Part shown: positions 14,493 through 30,651 of the stretch, in pieces
How positions within the stretch are numbered: position 1 is the first letter of the stretch
How the letters are laid out: the number at the start of each line of letters is the position of its first letter
NCBI RefSeq assembly: GCF_009914755.1
Contig: NC_060932.1
Source: the human T2T-CHM13v2.0 reference genome, Homo sapiens
Length of the DNA stretch: 64,000 bases
Direction: 5' to 3' (one strand)
The notes under the pieces: model-generated
Database searches by the model: none
Told to the model about the DNA's origin: nothing
Seen by the model: only the letters and a program-made list of their open reading frames with translations
Position numbers and translations under genes: made by a program

Positions 14493-15732
14493 TTTCCACA
14501 TCCTCGGTGCGCGCGCCACAGAGCCCAGCCCGACCCTGAACGCAAGATGGCCTGCTCAGTCTCTATTTTTCCAGGAGGTGCTTTTGCGGTAAAAAGTGAT
14601 TTTAATAGGAAAGCCCATTCCAGTATTTCTTTTCATAACTTTGAAGATGCAGCTGCATAACCTAGACCATTTGGATTTGCTTTCCTTAAAACTTTAGTTA
14701 TGAGCTCCAACTCCCGAGTTTTGTTTTTATGTGTTTTTTACAAGAAGTGCCCAAAAAAAAAAGGAAGTGCCCATTGTTCCTAGTACAGCAGTTGCCAAGC
14801 AGCTCCCGGTGTGCATATGCACAGATGGCAGCGTGACCAGGAGGCTACGGCGCCCAGAGCAGCTCGTGCAAACCAGACCACCCTAAGACAGCCCACCCAG
14901 GATGGCGGCTGTCCCACCCGAGCGTGTGGGCTGGGATGCTGGGATGTGTTCCATTTTCTCAAGCCAGTGCTGACATGGACCTAGTTGGATCTTTTCATAG
15001 GCTCATGCCTCCCCTGCAGTGGTTGTGGCACTGCCAGAGACTGTTTTCACAGACATGTGTCACCTCAGAGGGAAGTCTCCGGACATTTCTAGACTACAAC
15101 GGCAGCAAATACAGAGTACTGTGAATTACAGTGTGAACATTCAGAACACTGGGGAATAGGCGATACCTCTGGCTGGTTAATCAATCTGGTGAATTTTATT
15201 AGCACAGATTCTCCATCTGGGGTACTTTTCATACCACTAACCTCTGAAGCACTTGGGAAGGGAGGAAGCACTTTTGTGAACTTCTGAAAAGAACCAAGTG
15301 ATATTTCTCTGAAAAATATACCCTCTTGCCTTCCTGAATCTACGTCTTCAGGAGTAATTCAGTCAATAAAGTGCGTTTTTTTTTTTTTTTTTTTTTTACA
15401 AAATCCTACTCACAGGAGTATATTTGAGTAAAGGCAGTGTTTCTTCATTAGAAAGAGTGCAGGTTTTAGAATCTTCTGTGAGTCTGATACAAAATATGGA
15501 TCCTCCCTCTAGAAAAATATGCTCAAATATACAACATTTTGGTTCACTCTCTCCCCCAAAAAGCTTAAAAACTCTATCACTGGAAAAAGGATGTAGGTAA
15601 TGCTGAGGTTCATAGCCTTTTCATCACACAGAATTTCTTTTCAATTCAATTTTATTCCTTAAATCACTGGAGTGCTTGCCAGGTGCCAGGCACTGAGTTA
15701 GGTGCTGAGTACACAAAAATAAATAGACATAA

Positions 15733-16723
<991 letters not shown>

Positions 16724-17369
16724 ATAGTCCATGATTTCAAGAAACCTCATAATGTTCTCTCATTTTATTACTTTTCCTCCATATACCTTGTGTCTTGAAA
16801 GAAGTTACTCATGAAACTTCAATTGTTGCTTAATCTCTATTTATTTTTCCAAGAGCTAACCAATGTTACTGCCATGAAGAATCCAGGACTTTGCATAGAA
16901 CAGGTACATAGCAGGTGTTCAATAAATGTTTGATTATTACATGGAGTTGAGTTGATCAAATTCTAATTAAAAGCAAAAAAAGTAGTTACTCCTTTGAGTT
17001 TTATCATAAATAAACTTTTTTAATGGATACGCTGTTTTCTGATAGGTCTTTTGAAAAATTGAAACTAATCTTTGAATACTCGGTTTAACCTGAGAATACC
17101 AGTTGTCAAGAGCCATGAACCAGAAACTCAGAATCTGCTCTTTGAAAAAAGTTCATATTTTAAGGATTTTAATTATTCAATAAAAGTTGCTAAGATATTG
17201 TTTGGTTAACAAAAATAAAAACTCACATAAACCTTTCTCTTATATCATAAACCAGAATCAATTCTGGAAAGATTAAAGAGTTAAATATTTTAGAATGAAA
17301 GAGGAAAGAAAGAGAAAGGAAGAGAGAAAGAGAGAAAGAAAGTGAGCCAAAGACTCTGTCTCAATAAAT

Positions 17370-17826
17370 ACATAAATAAATCCAGATATTCCATGTATAT
17401 GAATAGGAAGTCTCAGTATTGTCAAGGTATCAGTTCTTCCCAACTTGATCTGTAGATTCAATATATTCCCAATCCAAAACCAAGTCAGTTATTTTGTGGC
17501 TATTAACAAACTGATTGTAAGGTTTATATGGAGAGGCAAAAATCCCAGAACAGCCAACAAAATACTGAAGGAGAAAACAAAGTTGGATGACTGACAAACA
17601 CTATCCAACTTCAAGACTTAGTATAAAGCTATGGTAACCAAGATAGTGTGGTATTGGTGAGAAAACAGACAAATAGGTCAATGGAATAGAATAGAAAGTT
17701 CAGAAATAGACCCACATAAATAACAGTCAACTAATTTTTGACAAAGCAGCGAAGGCAACGTAATGCAGCAAAGATAGTGTCTTCAACAAATGGGGCTGGA
17801 ATGACTAGACATCAACAGACAGACAG

Positions 17827-17861
<35 letters not shown>

Positions 17862-19650
17862 TAATCTAGACACAGACCTTACACCCTTCACAAAAATTAA
17901 CTCAAAGTGGATCGTAGACCTAAATGTAAAATGCAAAACTATAAGACTCCTAGAAGATAACATAGAAGAAAAACTAGATGACCTTCCCCCATCCTCAACT
18001 CCAAAAAGTGTGGCAATGACTTTTTAGATACAATACTAAAGACATTATTTATGAAAGAAAAAAATTGAGACACTGGATTTCATTAAAATTAAAAACTTCT
18101 GCTCTATGAAAGACAATGTGTAGAGAATGAGAAGACAAGCCACAGACTGACAGAAATATTTACAAAAGACACATCTGATCAAGGACTTATCCAAAATGTA
18201 CAAAGAACTCTTAAGACCCAAAAATAAGAAAATAAATAACCTGATTTTAAAATGAGCAAACAACTTGAACAGACACCTCATCAAAGAAGATATACAGAGG
18301 CAAATAAGCATATAAAAAGATGTGCAACATTATGTATGTAAACCCCAAATATCTGAGACAGGTCTCAGTTAACTTAGAAGGTCTATTTTGCCAACGTTGA
18401 GGATGCATGCCCGTGACACAGCCTCAGGAGGTCCTGACAACTTGTGCCCGAGGTAGTCAGAGCACAGTTTGATTTTATACATTTTAGGGAGACATGAGAC
18501 ATCAGTCAACACATGTAAGATGAACACTGGTTTGGTCCAGAAAGGCAGGACAACTCAAAGCAAAATGGGACAACTTGAAGCAGGGAGAGGGCTTCCAGGT
18601 CATAGGGAAATAAGACAAATGGTTGCATTCTTTTGAGTTTCTGATTCGCCTCTCCAGAGGAGGCAATCAGAAATGCATTTACCTCAGTGAGGAGAGGGGT
18701 GACTGAATAGAATGGGAGGCAGGTTTGCTCTAAGCAGTTCCCAGCTTGACTTTTCCCTTGAGCTAAGTGATTTGGGGGGCCCAAGATTTATTTTCCTTTT
18801 ACATGTGTCATTAGAAAAATGCAAATTAAAACAATAGTGAGTCACAACTACACAACTATACCTGCACCACTACAATGGCCAAAATCCCAAACACTGACCC
18901 ACCAAATGCTGACAAGGATGTGGAGCAACAGGAACTCTCATCCATTGCTGGTGGGAATGCAAAATGGTACAGCCACTTTGGAAAACAGTTTGGTAGTTTC
19001 TTAAAAAACTAAACATACTCTTACCATATGATCCAGCAATTATATCCACCTTGACTTTTACCAAAATTACTTGAAAACATATGTTCACACAAAAACCTGC
19101 ACATGTATGTTTATTTGTAATTGCAAATCTTATAAGCAACCAAGATGTCCTTCAGTAGGTAAATGGAAAAACATGGAGGAAACTTAAATGCATATCACTA
19201 AGCAGCAGAAGCCAATGTGAAAAGCTGTATGATCCCAACTATATGACATTCTGAAAAAAATTATATGCAGAATTAAGGAGACAGTAAAAAGATTAGCAGT
19301 TGCCAGGGGTTACGGGGCAGGGAGGGATGAACAGGTAGAGCACAGAGGAATTTAAGGACATTGAAATTACTCTGTATGATACTATAATGGTGAATGTAAG
19401 TCATTATACATTTTCCTCAATCTATAGAACGTACAACACCAAGAGTGAACCCTAATGTATACTATGGGCTTTGGGTAACGATGATGTGTCAATTAATTGT
19501 TCATTTATTATAACGAATGTATTACTCTGGTGGGAGATATTGATAGTAGGGGAGGCCGTACCCATGTGGGGGTAGGAGAGTATATGGAAAATGTCTGTAC
19601 CCTCCACTTAATTTTGCTGTGAACCTAAAACTCCTCTAAAAACTAAAGAG
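17370..19650 (+). mobile_element. L1MC1-type LINE, ORF2 3' part plus 3'UTR (degenerate)
   Basis: ORF2 motifs CAACTTCAAGACTTA..AATGGAATAGAATAGA; 3'UTR GTACAACACCAAGAGTGAACCCTAATGTA..TTTTGCTGTGAACCTAAAACT. Confidence 0.88.
18337..18803 (-). mobile_element. MER4A1-type ERV1 solo LTR inserted in L1MC1
   Basis: Reverse complement begins TGTAAAAGGAAAATAAATCTTGGGCCCCC..AAGTCAAGCTGGGAACTGCTTAG; 4-bp TSD TGTA/TGTG. Confidence 0.88.
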
Positions 19651-19670
19651 AGACAAAGAGAATCAGAGAG

Positions 19671-19675
<5 letters not shown>

Positions 19676-19723
<48 letters not shown>
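19676..19723. repeat. (GT)n microsatellite, ~24 units
   Basis: Seen directly. Confidence 0.98.
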
Positions 19724-19726
<3 letters not shown>

Positions 19727-20670
19727 TGAATATCTTCTTTCTGAATGAGGAAGAACTTTCTAAGCATAAAAGCAAGTAAGAAGAAATCACAATTTCATTT
19801 TGTCAAATGGTGAAAAAAAACTTCACCATTTGACTTTTCAAAAATCTAAAAGGCAAGTTGCAAACTGGGAAATAGATTTACAACAATTACGACAAAGGTA
19901 GAATGACTGTAATCAAAGGATCAAAGCCTTCCATGCCTAGAACAGATAATCAGGCAAAGGAGATGCACAAGGGTGGAGACACCGAGGTTTAACAGCCCAG
20001 CATGGTCTCCCACCTCCCACGGTGCCCCCTGTAGACAGAGATTAGAATGTTGGAAACTATATTTTCCCGACTCCCTTGCCAGAAGGTGCTCATCTAAGCA
20101 ATATATATAAATCCAAAATAAACAAAAAAAAGCAAGTTACTTAAATGTTCATTATTAATGGATGAATTAAATGAATTCTAGTGCATCTATAGATATTCTA
20201 TATGGTCACTTCAAATAACGTTTAAGAAAGGATTTTGATAACCTGAAATTGGCGAAGCCCTCAGGAAAATTACCTCCACATAGAGTATGATCTTCCCCCA
20301 ACCTCAACTCCAAAACAGAAGCATCTTTTCTTCTCATGAGAATCAAACAAAATTGATATAAGACTTTGAATATTGTCTTTTTTGTTCACCATATCTCTAT
20401 TTATTGTCTCACATTCTTTATTTAAAGGAGCATAATTATTTTCAAGAAACCAACTCACTTTGTTAACAGTGATGCAGAAATACATTTATGATGATGTGAT
20501 GTGAAATGGGAAATAATAAGAAAGCCAGGTCCATGCTCTCCGGGGCTTTTGGACTAAGATCTTGAAACCCAAATTCTTAGGGGAGAAGGAAACAAGGTAA
20601 GGCAATCAGTAACCTAAGTTATTGCCCTCGTTCTTAAACCAGAAAGCCAAGATGGCCTTGGGCCCTTTCT

Positions 20671-20693
20671 AGATGGATAGATAGATAGATAGG

Positions 20694-20746
<53 letters not shown>

Positions 20747-20882
20747 GGAAGGAAGGAAGGAAGGAAAGAAGGGAGGGAGGGAGGGAGGGAAGAAAGAAAG
20801 AAAAAGAAAGAAAGAAAGAGAAAGAAAGAAAGAAAGAGAAAAGGAAGGAAGGAAAGAAGGAAGGGAGGGAGGGAAGGAAGGG
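20671..20882. repeat. Compound STR (GATA)n-(GGAA)n-(GGGA)n-(GAAA)n
   Basis: Seen directly. Confidence 0.98.
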
Positions 20883-21367
20883 TGATAGAACAAATCAAAC
20901 ATTACTGGGTATATACATATAGTTATATATGAGAGATTAGAAGAAAAGTTTTTATCAGCATTTCAAATAAGATTAAAGGAGATCATAATTAGGTTAATAA
21001 ATAGGTCTTTAATTTTTGCCATAAGTGAAATTAAAAAATATTTCAAGATCTCTCCTGATCTCAGAACAGTCACCTGTCATACATATAAAGGTCAAGATTT
21101 GGGATAAAACCCTTCACCCGCTTTCCAAATCACAAAATCAATGTTTCCTACCTGTTCTAGGGCTCAGAAACTATTTGAATGAGGGTAGACATTCACAAAC
21201 AAGCAACCAGAAGAAATGTAGCTCGTATCTGGCATGGTATACAACAGGAGTAAAAGGCACATCTCCAGTGTTTATTAACTTCTGTTTTATTGCCATCAAA
21301 AGGATTTCTTAAATCGTCTTGTCCAGAAAAGAAGATCCTAATTTAGATCCCCAAACACCTAGTAAGA

Positions 21368-21606
21368 GTCTGATTTTTTTTCAGATTGTTTGCTGTTGGC
21401 ACACAGAAATGCTACTGATTTTTATTTGTTGGTGTTGTATCCTTTACTGCATTTGTTTATCAGTTCCAATAGTGTTTTGGTGGAGTCTTTAGGTTTTTCC
21501 AACTATAAGGTTATATCATCTGCAAACAAGGATAATTTGACTTCTTCCTTTCCAATATGGATACTCTTTATTTCTCCTCTTGTCTGATTGCTCTAGCTAG
21601 ACTTCT
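21368..21606 (-). mobile_element. L1 ORF2 internal fragment spanning the RT catalytic motif
   Basis: Reverse complement of ATATCATCTGCAAA = TTTGCAGATGATAT (F-A-D-D-I). Confidence 0.88.
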
Positions 21607-21754
21607 GATAACTGACTCTTTAAAGCAAAAATAATAGCATAGTATTGTGTGGAGTTTATAATATATGTAGATGTAAAATACTCAACAACAATAGCAAAAA
21701 GGATAGGTATAACAGATTGTACTTTCTTCAAAAGTTGGAGTCTAATTATGATGA

Positions 21755-23500
21755 AACCCTTGTGATTTGCCCTTTATGATTTCCTCAATGAGTAGAATGT
21801 GGCAAAAGACTTGCTGCAAACCAATCAATGCCAGATCATAAAGTGCAGTAGAAATTACACCTGGTTCTCTCTCTCTCTCTCTCTCCTCAGGATGCTTATT
21901 CTTAAGCCCTTGAAACCATGCTGTAGAGAAACCCAGGCAACTTGGAGAGCACACATGTAAAGATTCCAGCTAACAGCCTCAGTTAATATTTTAGCCAAAG
22001 CCAGTATTTACTGCAAGACATTTGAATGAACAATCTTTTGGATGTTTCCAGCTCCTGCTTTGAAGTCTTTCAGCTGAGTCCCTAATACCAAAAGCAAGAA
22101 CAAGCTGTCTCTACCGTGTTCTGTCCAAGTTCCTGACCCACAGAATTTATGAGCGTAATAAATGGTTGCTTAGGCTACTAAATGTTGGGCTAACTTGTTA
22201 TGCAACCATACAGACTGGAACAGAGAGTGGGGTTTTTTGTGACAACAAAAGCAACAACAACAAAAAGCTTAAAACATGTGGGAATGACTCTGGAACCAGG
22301 AAGTGCGTAGACAAGTTGGAATAACCTTTTAAAGAGTGTTAATCCCACTACTTTGGGAGGCCAAGTTGGGAGGATCGCTTGAGGCCAAGAGTTTGAGACC
22401 AGCCCAGGCAAAACAGTGAGACACCATGTCTATGAAAAATTAAAACAAAAAAATTAGCTGGGTGTGGTGGTGCATGCTTGTAGTCCTAGGTACTTGGGAG
22501 ATTAAGGTCGGAAGATTGCTTGAGCCCAGGAATTGGAGGCTGCAGTGAGCTATGGACATGCCACTGCCTTCTAGACTGGGCAACACAGCAAGACCCTGTC
22601 TCAAAAAAAAAAGTGTTAATAATGAAAGTGTGAAAGGCTTTAAAACAGCTGTTAGCACAAGCCAAGTTACTTGAGGAATTGTCAGTATGGGCTTAAGGAA
22701 AAGTGAAGGAAATATTATTGGAAATTGAAGAAAAGAAGCTTTGTTACGTATTGGTAGAATATTTTGCAAAATGTTATCTCTGATAATGTGTAGAATTATA
22801 AATTGTACCTAATAATCTGGCTGATTTATCTAAGGAGAATTCCAAGTAAGAGTTTTGAAGTCACTGCCTGGATTCTCTAGCTCCAGATAGTAAAGTGGAA
22901 AAGAAGAAACATGAGCCAAAAAATAAATTATTCCATTTTAAAGTTTATAGAAAATATCAAGTAGCCAGAAATTCTTGGGTTAAAAATATCTGTTTCTTAT
23001 TCCCAATCTTTCCAAAATTCTCAAATCTAAAAAGACCCTCAGAGCAAAGATCAAATCCACTGTGGGATTATATGGTCATCTGTTTAGACCTCAGAAATAT
23101 TTTAACAGGCACCTCCAAGAACTGTTCAGTCAGACCAAAAGCTCTTTGAGGATTTTAGCATGTCACAGAGAGCCTCTTCTCTGACAACAGAGGTTCTAAG
23201 AATTGCAAGGGTTTTGACCCTCAACAGCTTTCCAAAAATCTCATGATAGAGAAGGGCTTATCTTGGCCCAGCACAGTGGCTCACAACTATAATCCCAGCA
23301 CCATGCGGGGCCATGGTAAGAAGATCACTTGAAGCCAGGAGTTTGAGACTAGCCTGGGCAATACAGCAACATCCCTGTATACAAAAGAGAGAGGTGGAGT
23401 CTTATCTTGAGGAAAGTTGGGATTATCACTTTCATATAACAATGTGATCCCTAAAAAATTCATAGCAAGCCCACAGAGTTTTAAAGAGAATTATAGTAGC
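21755..23500 (+). mobile_element. MLT1-type LTR (~21755-22223) plus MLT1 internal sequence, with AluJ (22350-22612) and FLAM (23265-23386)
   Basis: LTR 3' end AATAAATGGTTGCTTAGGCTACTAAATGTTGGG..TTGTTATGCAACCATACAGACTGGAACA followed by MaLR-int motifs; Alu TSD AAAGAGTGTTAAT/AAAAAGTGTTAAT. Confidence 0.7.
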
Positions 23501-23841
23501 TCTAAGTAGACTGCAATAAGTAATGATGCATGATTTAATCCCTAGAGTAAATACTAAAAAAATACAAAGAAATATAACAAAACCTATTCAAGTAAGTAAA
23601 ATGGAATGCTAAACAAAATTTTATTTACCTAAAGCAGACAGAAAGGGAAGAATAGAAGAAGCAATAATAGATTGAAAAAATAAAAAAGAAATAGCAATGT
23701 GGTAAACTTCAATCCAACCATATCAATAATTCTATTAACTGTAAATAACCAACATAATTAAAAGGCAGAGATTGCCAGACAAAATTTTTTTAAATCAAAA
23801 CTCAACTATAAACTCTTTACAAGAGACAAGCTTTTAAATAT

Positions 23842-24583
<742 letters not shown>

Positions 24584-25390
24584 AGCAAATTAAAAGTAAA
24601 AAGATAGAGAAAAAGGAACATGTACCCAGAAAGCAAAAGATGATGAGGCTATATTGTTACAAGACAAAGTAGGCTTTAAGATAAGGAATATTGTCAGGGA
24701 TAGGGAGGTGATTTGGTAATGATGAAAGATTCTATTCATCAAGACTACAAACAATCCTAAATATGTATGCATCTATATCGGATCTTAAATATTAAAATAA
24801 GATACATCTTACAGAACCAAAGGAAGAAACAGACAAATCCATAATCATAGTTGGAGATTTTAATACCAATCTCCTAGTAATAGAAGCAACAGACAAAAGT
24901 TTAGTAAGGATTTAGATTTGAACAGCACTATCAACCAATTTGACTTAATTGACTTTTATAGAAGCGTATACCTTATAACCACTTAACGTATATGTGTATT
25001 TGTCAAGTGCATATGGAATGTTCAGATAGAACACTTACTGGGCCATAAAATAAGTGTCAACAGTTTCAAAAGATTGAAATACAGAACATGTTCTATGACC
25101 ACAATGAAATTAAAATTAAGAATAAATAACAATGAGATATCTAGAAAACTCCTAAGTATTGGAAATTAAACAGCATATTCTCAATGACCAAATAAGATAA
25201 TGAAATAAGTTTTAAAATTTTTTAACTAAATGATAATGAAAACACAACATATAAAAACTTGTGAGATATAGCTAAAGCACTGATTCCCGGGAAATTTGAA
25301 GACTTATATTAGAAAACAAGAAAAGTTTAAAATTAATGAGCTATGTTTCCATCCTCAGAAGCTAGAAGAGCAAATTAAATGCAAAACAAG

Positions 25391-25749
25391 TGATATGGTT
25401 TGGCTGTGTTCCCACCCAAATCTCATCTTGAATTGTAGCTCACATAATCCCCACGTGTGGTAGGGACCTGGTGGGAGGTAATTGAATCATCAGGGTGGGT
25501 CTTTCCTGTGCTGTTCTTAAAGTGAATAAGTCTCATGAGATTTAATGGATTTTTAAAGTTCAGTTCCCCTGCACACGCTCATTTGCCTGCCACCATGTAA
25601 GACATGACTTTGCTCCTCCTTTGTCTTCCACCATGATTGTGAGGCCTCCCTAAACATCTGGAACTGTGAGTCCATTAAACCTCTTTTTCTTTATAAATTA
25701 ATCGGTCTTGGGTATGTCTTTATTAGCAGCATGAGAACAGATGAATACA
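25391..25749 (+). mobile_element. THE1 (THE1D-like) solo LTR
   Basis: TGATATGGTTTGGCTGTG...GAATACA; perfect 5-bp TSD ACAAG (25386-90, 25750-54). Confidence 0.95.
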
Positions 25750-28700
25750 ACAAGTATAAATAGGGAAATAATAAAGAGCAGAAATTAATGAAATGAAAAG
25801 TAGGAAAAAAAGGAAGCCAAAATTTGGTTATTTGAAATATCAATAAGATTAATAAATCTCTATCGAGATTGAGTAAGAAAATTAGAAAAAAGACACAAGT
25901 TACTACCAGCAATGAAAAAAGAGAGGACACTATAAGATTTCAGAGATAATAAAGTGATAAGAAAATGTTATTAATGGCTAAATGACAACAAATTTGACAA
26001 CTTATAGGAAGTGGACAAATTCCTTGAAAAATATGACTCACCAAAACAGACACAAGAAGATATAGAAAGAATGGCTTGATATCACTGAAATTGAATTTGT
26101 GATGAAAATTCTTTCTACAAAGAAAACTCTAGGCCCAGATAATTTGGTAAACTTAAGCAATTAATGCTAGTCTTAACAGCTTTTTCAGCCAGAGGGAACA
26201 CTTCACCGCACATTTGGTGAGGCCAGCATAGCACTGATACTAAAACCTAAAAAAAAGTCATTGAAAGCAAAGAAAATCATAGGCTAATATCCAACATACA
26301 TTCCACGAAAATAAAATTACAGACCAGGATTTTTTAGACATTAGCAAGTAGAAGACAGAAATATAAGAAAAGGATAATACCTCATGACCAAGTGGGGTTT
26401 ATCCCAGGAATATAAAGAAGTTTAACATTCAAAAATTAATATACTCCTTCACATAAGGATAAAGGAGATATCATACAAACATGAAACAAAAGAAACTTGG
26501 AATGGCTACACTAAAATGAGACATGGTAGATTTCAGAACAAGGACTATTACTAGAGGGAAAAAAATTCATATTAATAAAGAGAACTACTTATCATTCAGT
26601 TGTAAAAAAATCTTAAATGTGTTTGCACCAAAGAGATATTTCAAAATAAATGAAGCAAAAAACAAAACAACAACAACATAAAAACCCTCAAAAGATTGAA
26701 AGAAGAAATCCACAATTAGAGAAAAAGAGTTGATTATTTTTTCTTCAGTCATTACTAGAGCAACTTCATGGAAAAATTATTGAAGAGATAAAAGACTTGA
26801 AAAACACTATGTAGCAATTTAATCAATTTACATTTATACAACATTTCACCCAACCACAAAAGAATATACGTTTTTGTTTAAGTGCACCTGAAACATTCAC
26901 AAAGATAGAACATATGCTGGGCTATAATACAAGTTTCAACAAATTTTAAAGATTAAAACCATACTGAATATATTCTCTAACCACAACAGAAAAGAAAATG
27001 AAAATCAGTAACAGGAAGATATCTTTTAAATCTCAAATGCATAGTTAATAAACTAAATGAAAATGAAATCACAAGGCACAAAACTTGTGGGATGCATCTA
27101 AAGCAGTGCTCCAAGGGAGTTTTGAAACTTTAAATGCTATTTTGGAAGACAAAAAAAAGGGTATATGATCAACGGTCTAAGCTTCCATCTTAAGAAGCTA
27201 GAAAAAAGAAGAACAAATTCAACCCAAAGTAAGTATAAGGAATAGAATATAAAAAAGCAGAAATCAATGAAATAGAAACAGAAGAATAGTACAGAAAAAA
27301 ATCAATAACAGCAAAACTGATTCTCTTTTATAAGCTTAATAAAGTTGATAAATCACGTACAAAAATTAAAAATATAGAAAGGATAATAACTTAATAAATT
27401 CGACAACTTAGATAAATGGAACAAATTTCTTAAAAGATAAAAATTACCAAAACAGTTTCAAATGGAAATAGAGTATCTGTATAGCCCTATATATAAAAGA
27501 AATTGAATTCAAAATTTTAAAATTACAAAGAAAACTCCAGGCCTGCATGGCTTCCTAGGTGAATTATGTTAAACATTTACAGAAGAAATAATGCCAATCT
27601 TTCATAGGCTTTTCTGGGAAATAGAAGAGAAGCAGATATATCCTAATCATTCAATGAGGATAGTATCACCCATATACCAAAATCTGACAAAGATTTCATA
27701 ACAACAGGAAACTACAACCTATCCCTCATTAACTTAGATGCAAAATCATCAACAAAATATGCAAAAAAATCCAAAAAACAAGGCCAGCAATATATTACAA
27801 GAATAATATGTTATGAGTAAATGACATTTATTTCAGGAATGCAAAGTTGGTTTAATGATTTAAAAGAGTCAAGTTGCAAGGAGTCTCAAATAGCCGAAAC
27901 AATCCTAAAAAAGAAGATAAAGTTGGAAAGCTCACACTTTCTGTTCAAAAATTATTACAAAGCTACAATAATTAAAACTATATAACAGTGGCACAAGGAC
28001 AGACATAGGGACCAACAGAATAAAACAGCCCAGAAATAAACCCTCACATATATGTTTATTGATGTTCAACAAGGGTGTCCAAACATTTAATGGGGTAAGA
28101 CAGTCTTTTGAACAAAGGGTGTTGGGAAAACTAGATATCCGTATGCAAAAGAATGAAATTGGATTCTTACTAGACACCATATATAAAAAATGATCCAGAA
28201 TGAATCACAGACCTAAAATTAAGAGTTAAAACTGTAAGACTCTTAGAAGAAAACACAGAGTAAATCATCATGACCTTGAATTTGGCAGTGGATTCTTAGA
28301 TATGACACCAAAAGCACAGGCAATAAAAGAAAAAATAGATAAACTGTACTTCAATTAAGTTAAGAAGTTAGTGCATCAAAAGATACTATCAAGAAAGCAA
28401 AAAAGACAATCTACTGAATGGGGGAAAATGTTTTATCAGATAAAGTATTAATTTCCAAATTATATAAACAACTCAACAAAAACCACAAAAATAACCCAAT
28501 TCAAAAATGGGCAAAGGATTCATATAGACGTTTCTCCAAAGAAGATGTGCAAATGACCAATAAACACATGAACTGATACTCAACATCATTGGTCGTTAGA
28601 GAAATGCAAATCAAAACCTCAATGAGATAACATTTCACACCTACTAGAGTGGCTGTAATTTTTAAATTTTAAGAAAAAAAACAGAAAATAATAAGTGTTG

Positions 28701-28878
28701 GCGAAGATGTAGATAACATTGGAAACCTTGTATTTCTGGTAGGAAAGAAAAATGGTGCAGCCACTGTGGGAAACAGCTGGGCGGTTTCTCAAAAGGTTAA
28801 ACATGGAATCATCATATGACTCAGCAATTCTACTCCTAGGTATATATCCAAAGAATTGAAAGCAGAGACCTGAACAGA

Positions 28879-29290
<412 letters not shown>

Positions 29291-30006
29291 TAATCACAAT
29301 AGACAAAATGTGGAAACAGTGTTAAGTATCCATCAACAGATGAATGGATAAACAAAATACAGTATTAATTACAGTATGTTTGTATAGTGGCATATATTTA
29401 ACTATAAAAAGACAAAACTTTTATATATGCTATAACATGGATGGATTGGACCTCGAAAACGTTATGCTTACTGAATTAAGCCAAATATAAAAAGACAAAT
29501 ACTGTATTACTCCACTTAGAATAGGTATCTAGAATGGCAAATTCATAGCTATAGATAAAAATGTGAGGTATAGATAGTAGTGATGGTTACACAACATTGT
29601 GAATATACTTAATGCCACTAAATTGTACACTTCAAAAAACATGAAATACTTGAAGATAAGTATGCACAAAATATGGATAAAACCTACACAATGAAAACCT
29701 TAAAACACTGCTGAGATAAATTAAGGACCTAATAATTGGAGGGTTATGCCATATCATAAATTTTAAAACTAAATATTGCTATGATGTAAATTATCCCCAA
29801 GATGATCTACATGATATAATGCAAATCCAATAAAAATGTCAGCAGACTTTTTTGTAAAAATTGATAAGTTAATTCCAAAGTTTATGTGGAAATGGAAAAG
29901 ACTAGAATAGCCAAAACTATTTTGAAAAACAAGAACAAAATTTGAAGGTTTACAATAACTGACTTTAAATCTTGCCATAAGCTTCAGTAATCAAGACAAT
30001 GTGTTA

Positions 30007-30388
<382 letters not shown>

Positions 30389-30651
30389 CTACACACGTAT
30401 AGTCAATTGATTTTCTACAGACGTCTCAAGATAATTCAATGCAGGAGAAATAGTCTTTGCAACAAATTGTGCTGGAACATCTAAACAGCTGTACGAGAAA
30501 AATAAAATAATCTTGACCCATACTTTACATCATGCACAAAACCTGAGCTGGAACATAGCGCTACACATAAAAACTAAAACTATAAATCTTTTAGAAGAAA
30601 ACGTGATCTGGTAGTTGGCAAAGATTTTACACAGGACACAAGAAATCCATA

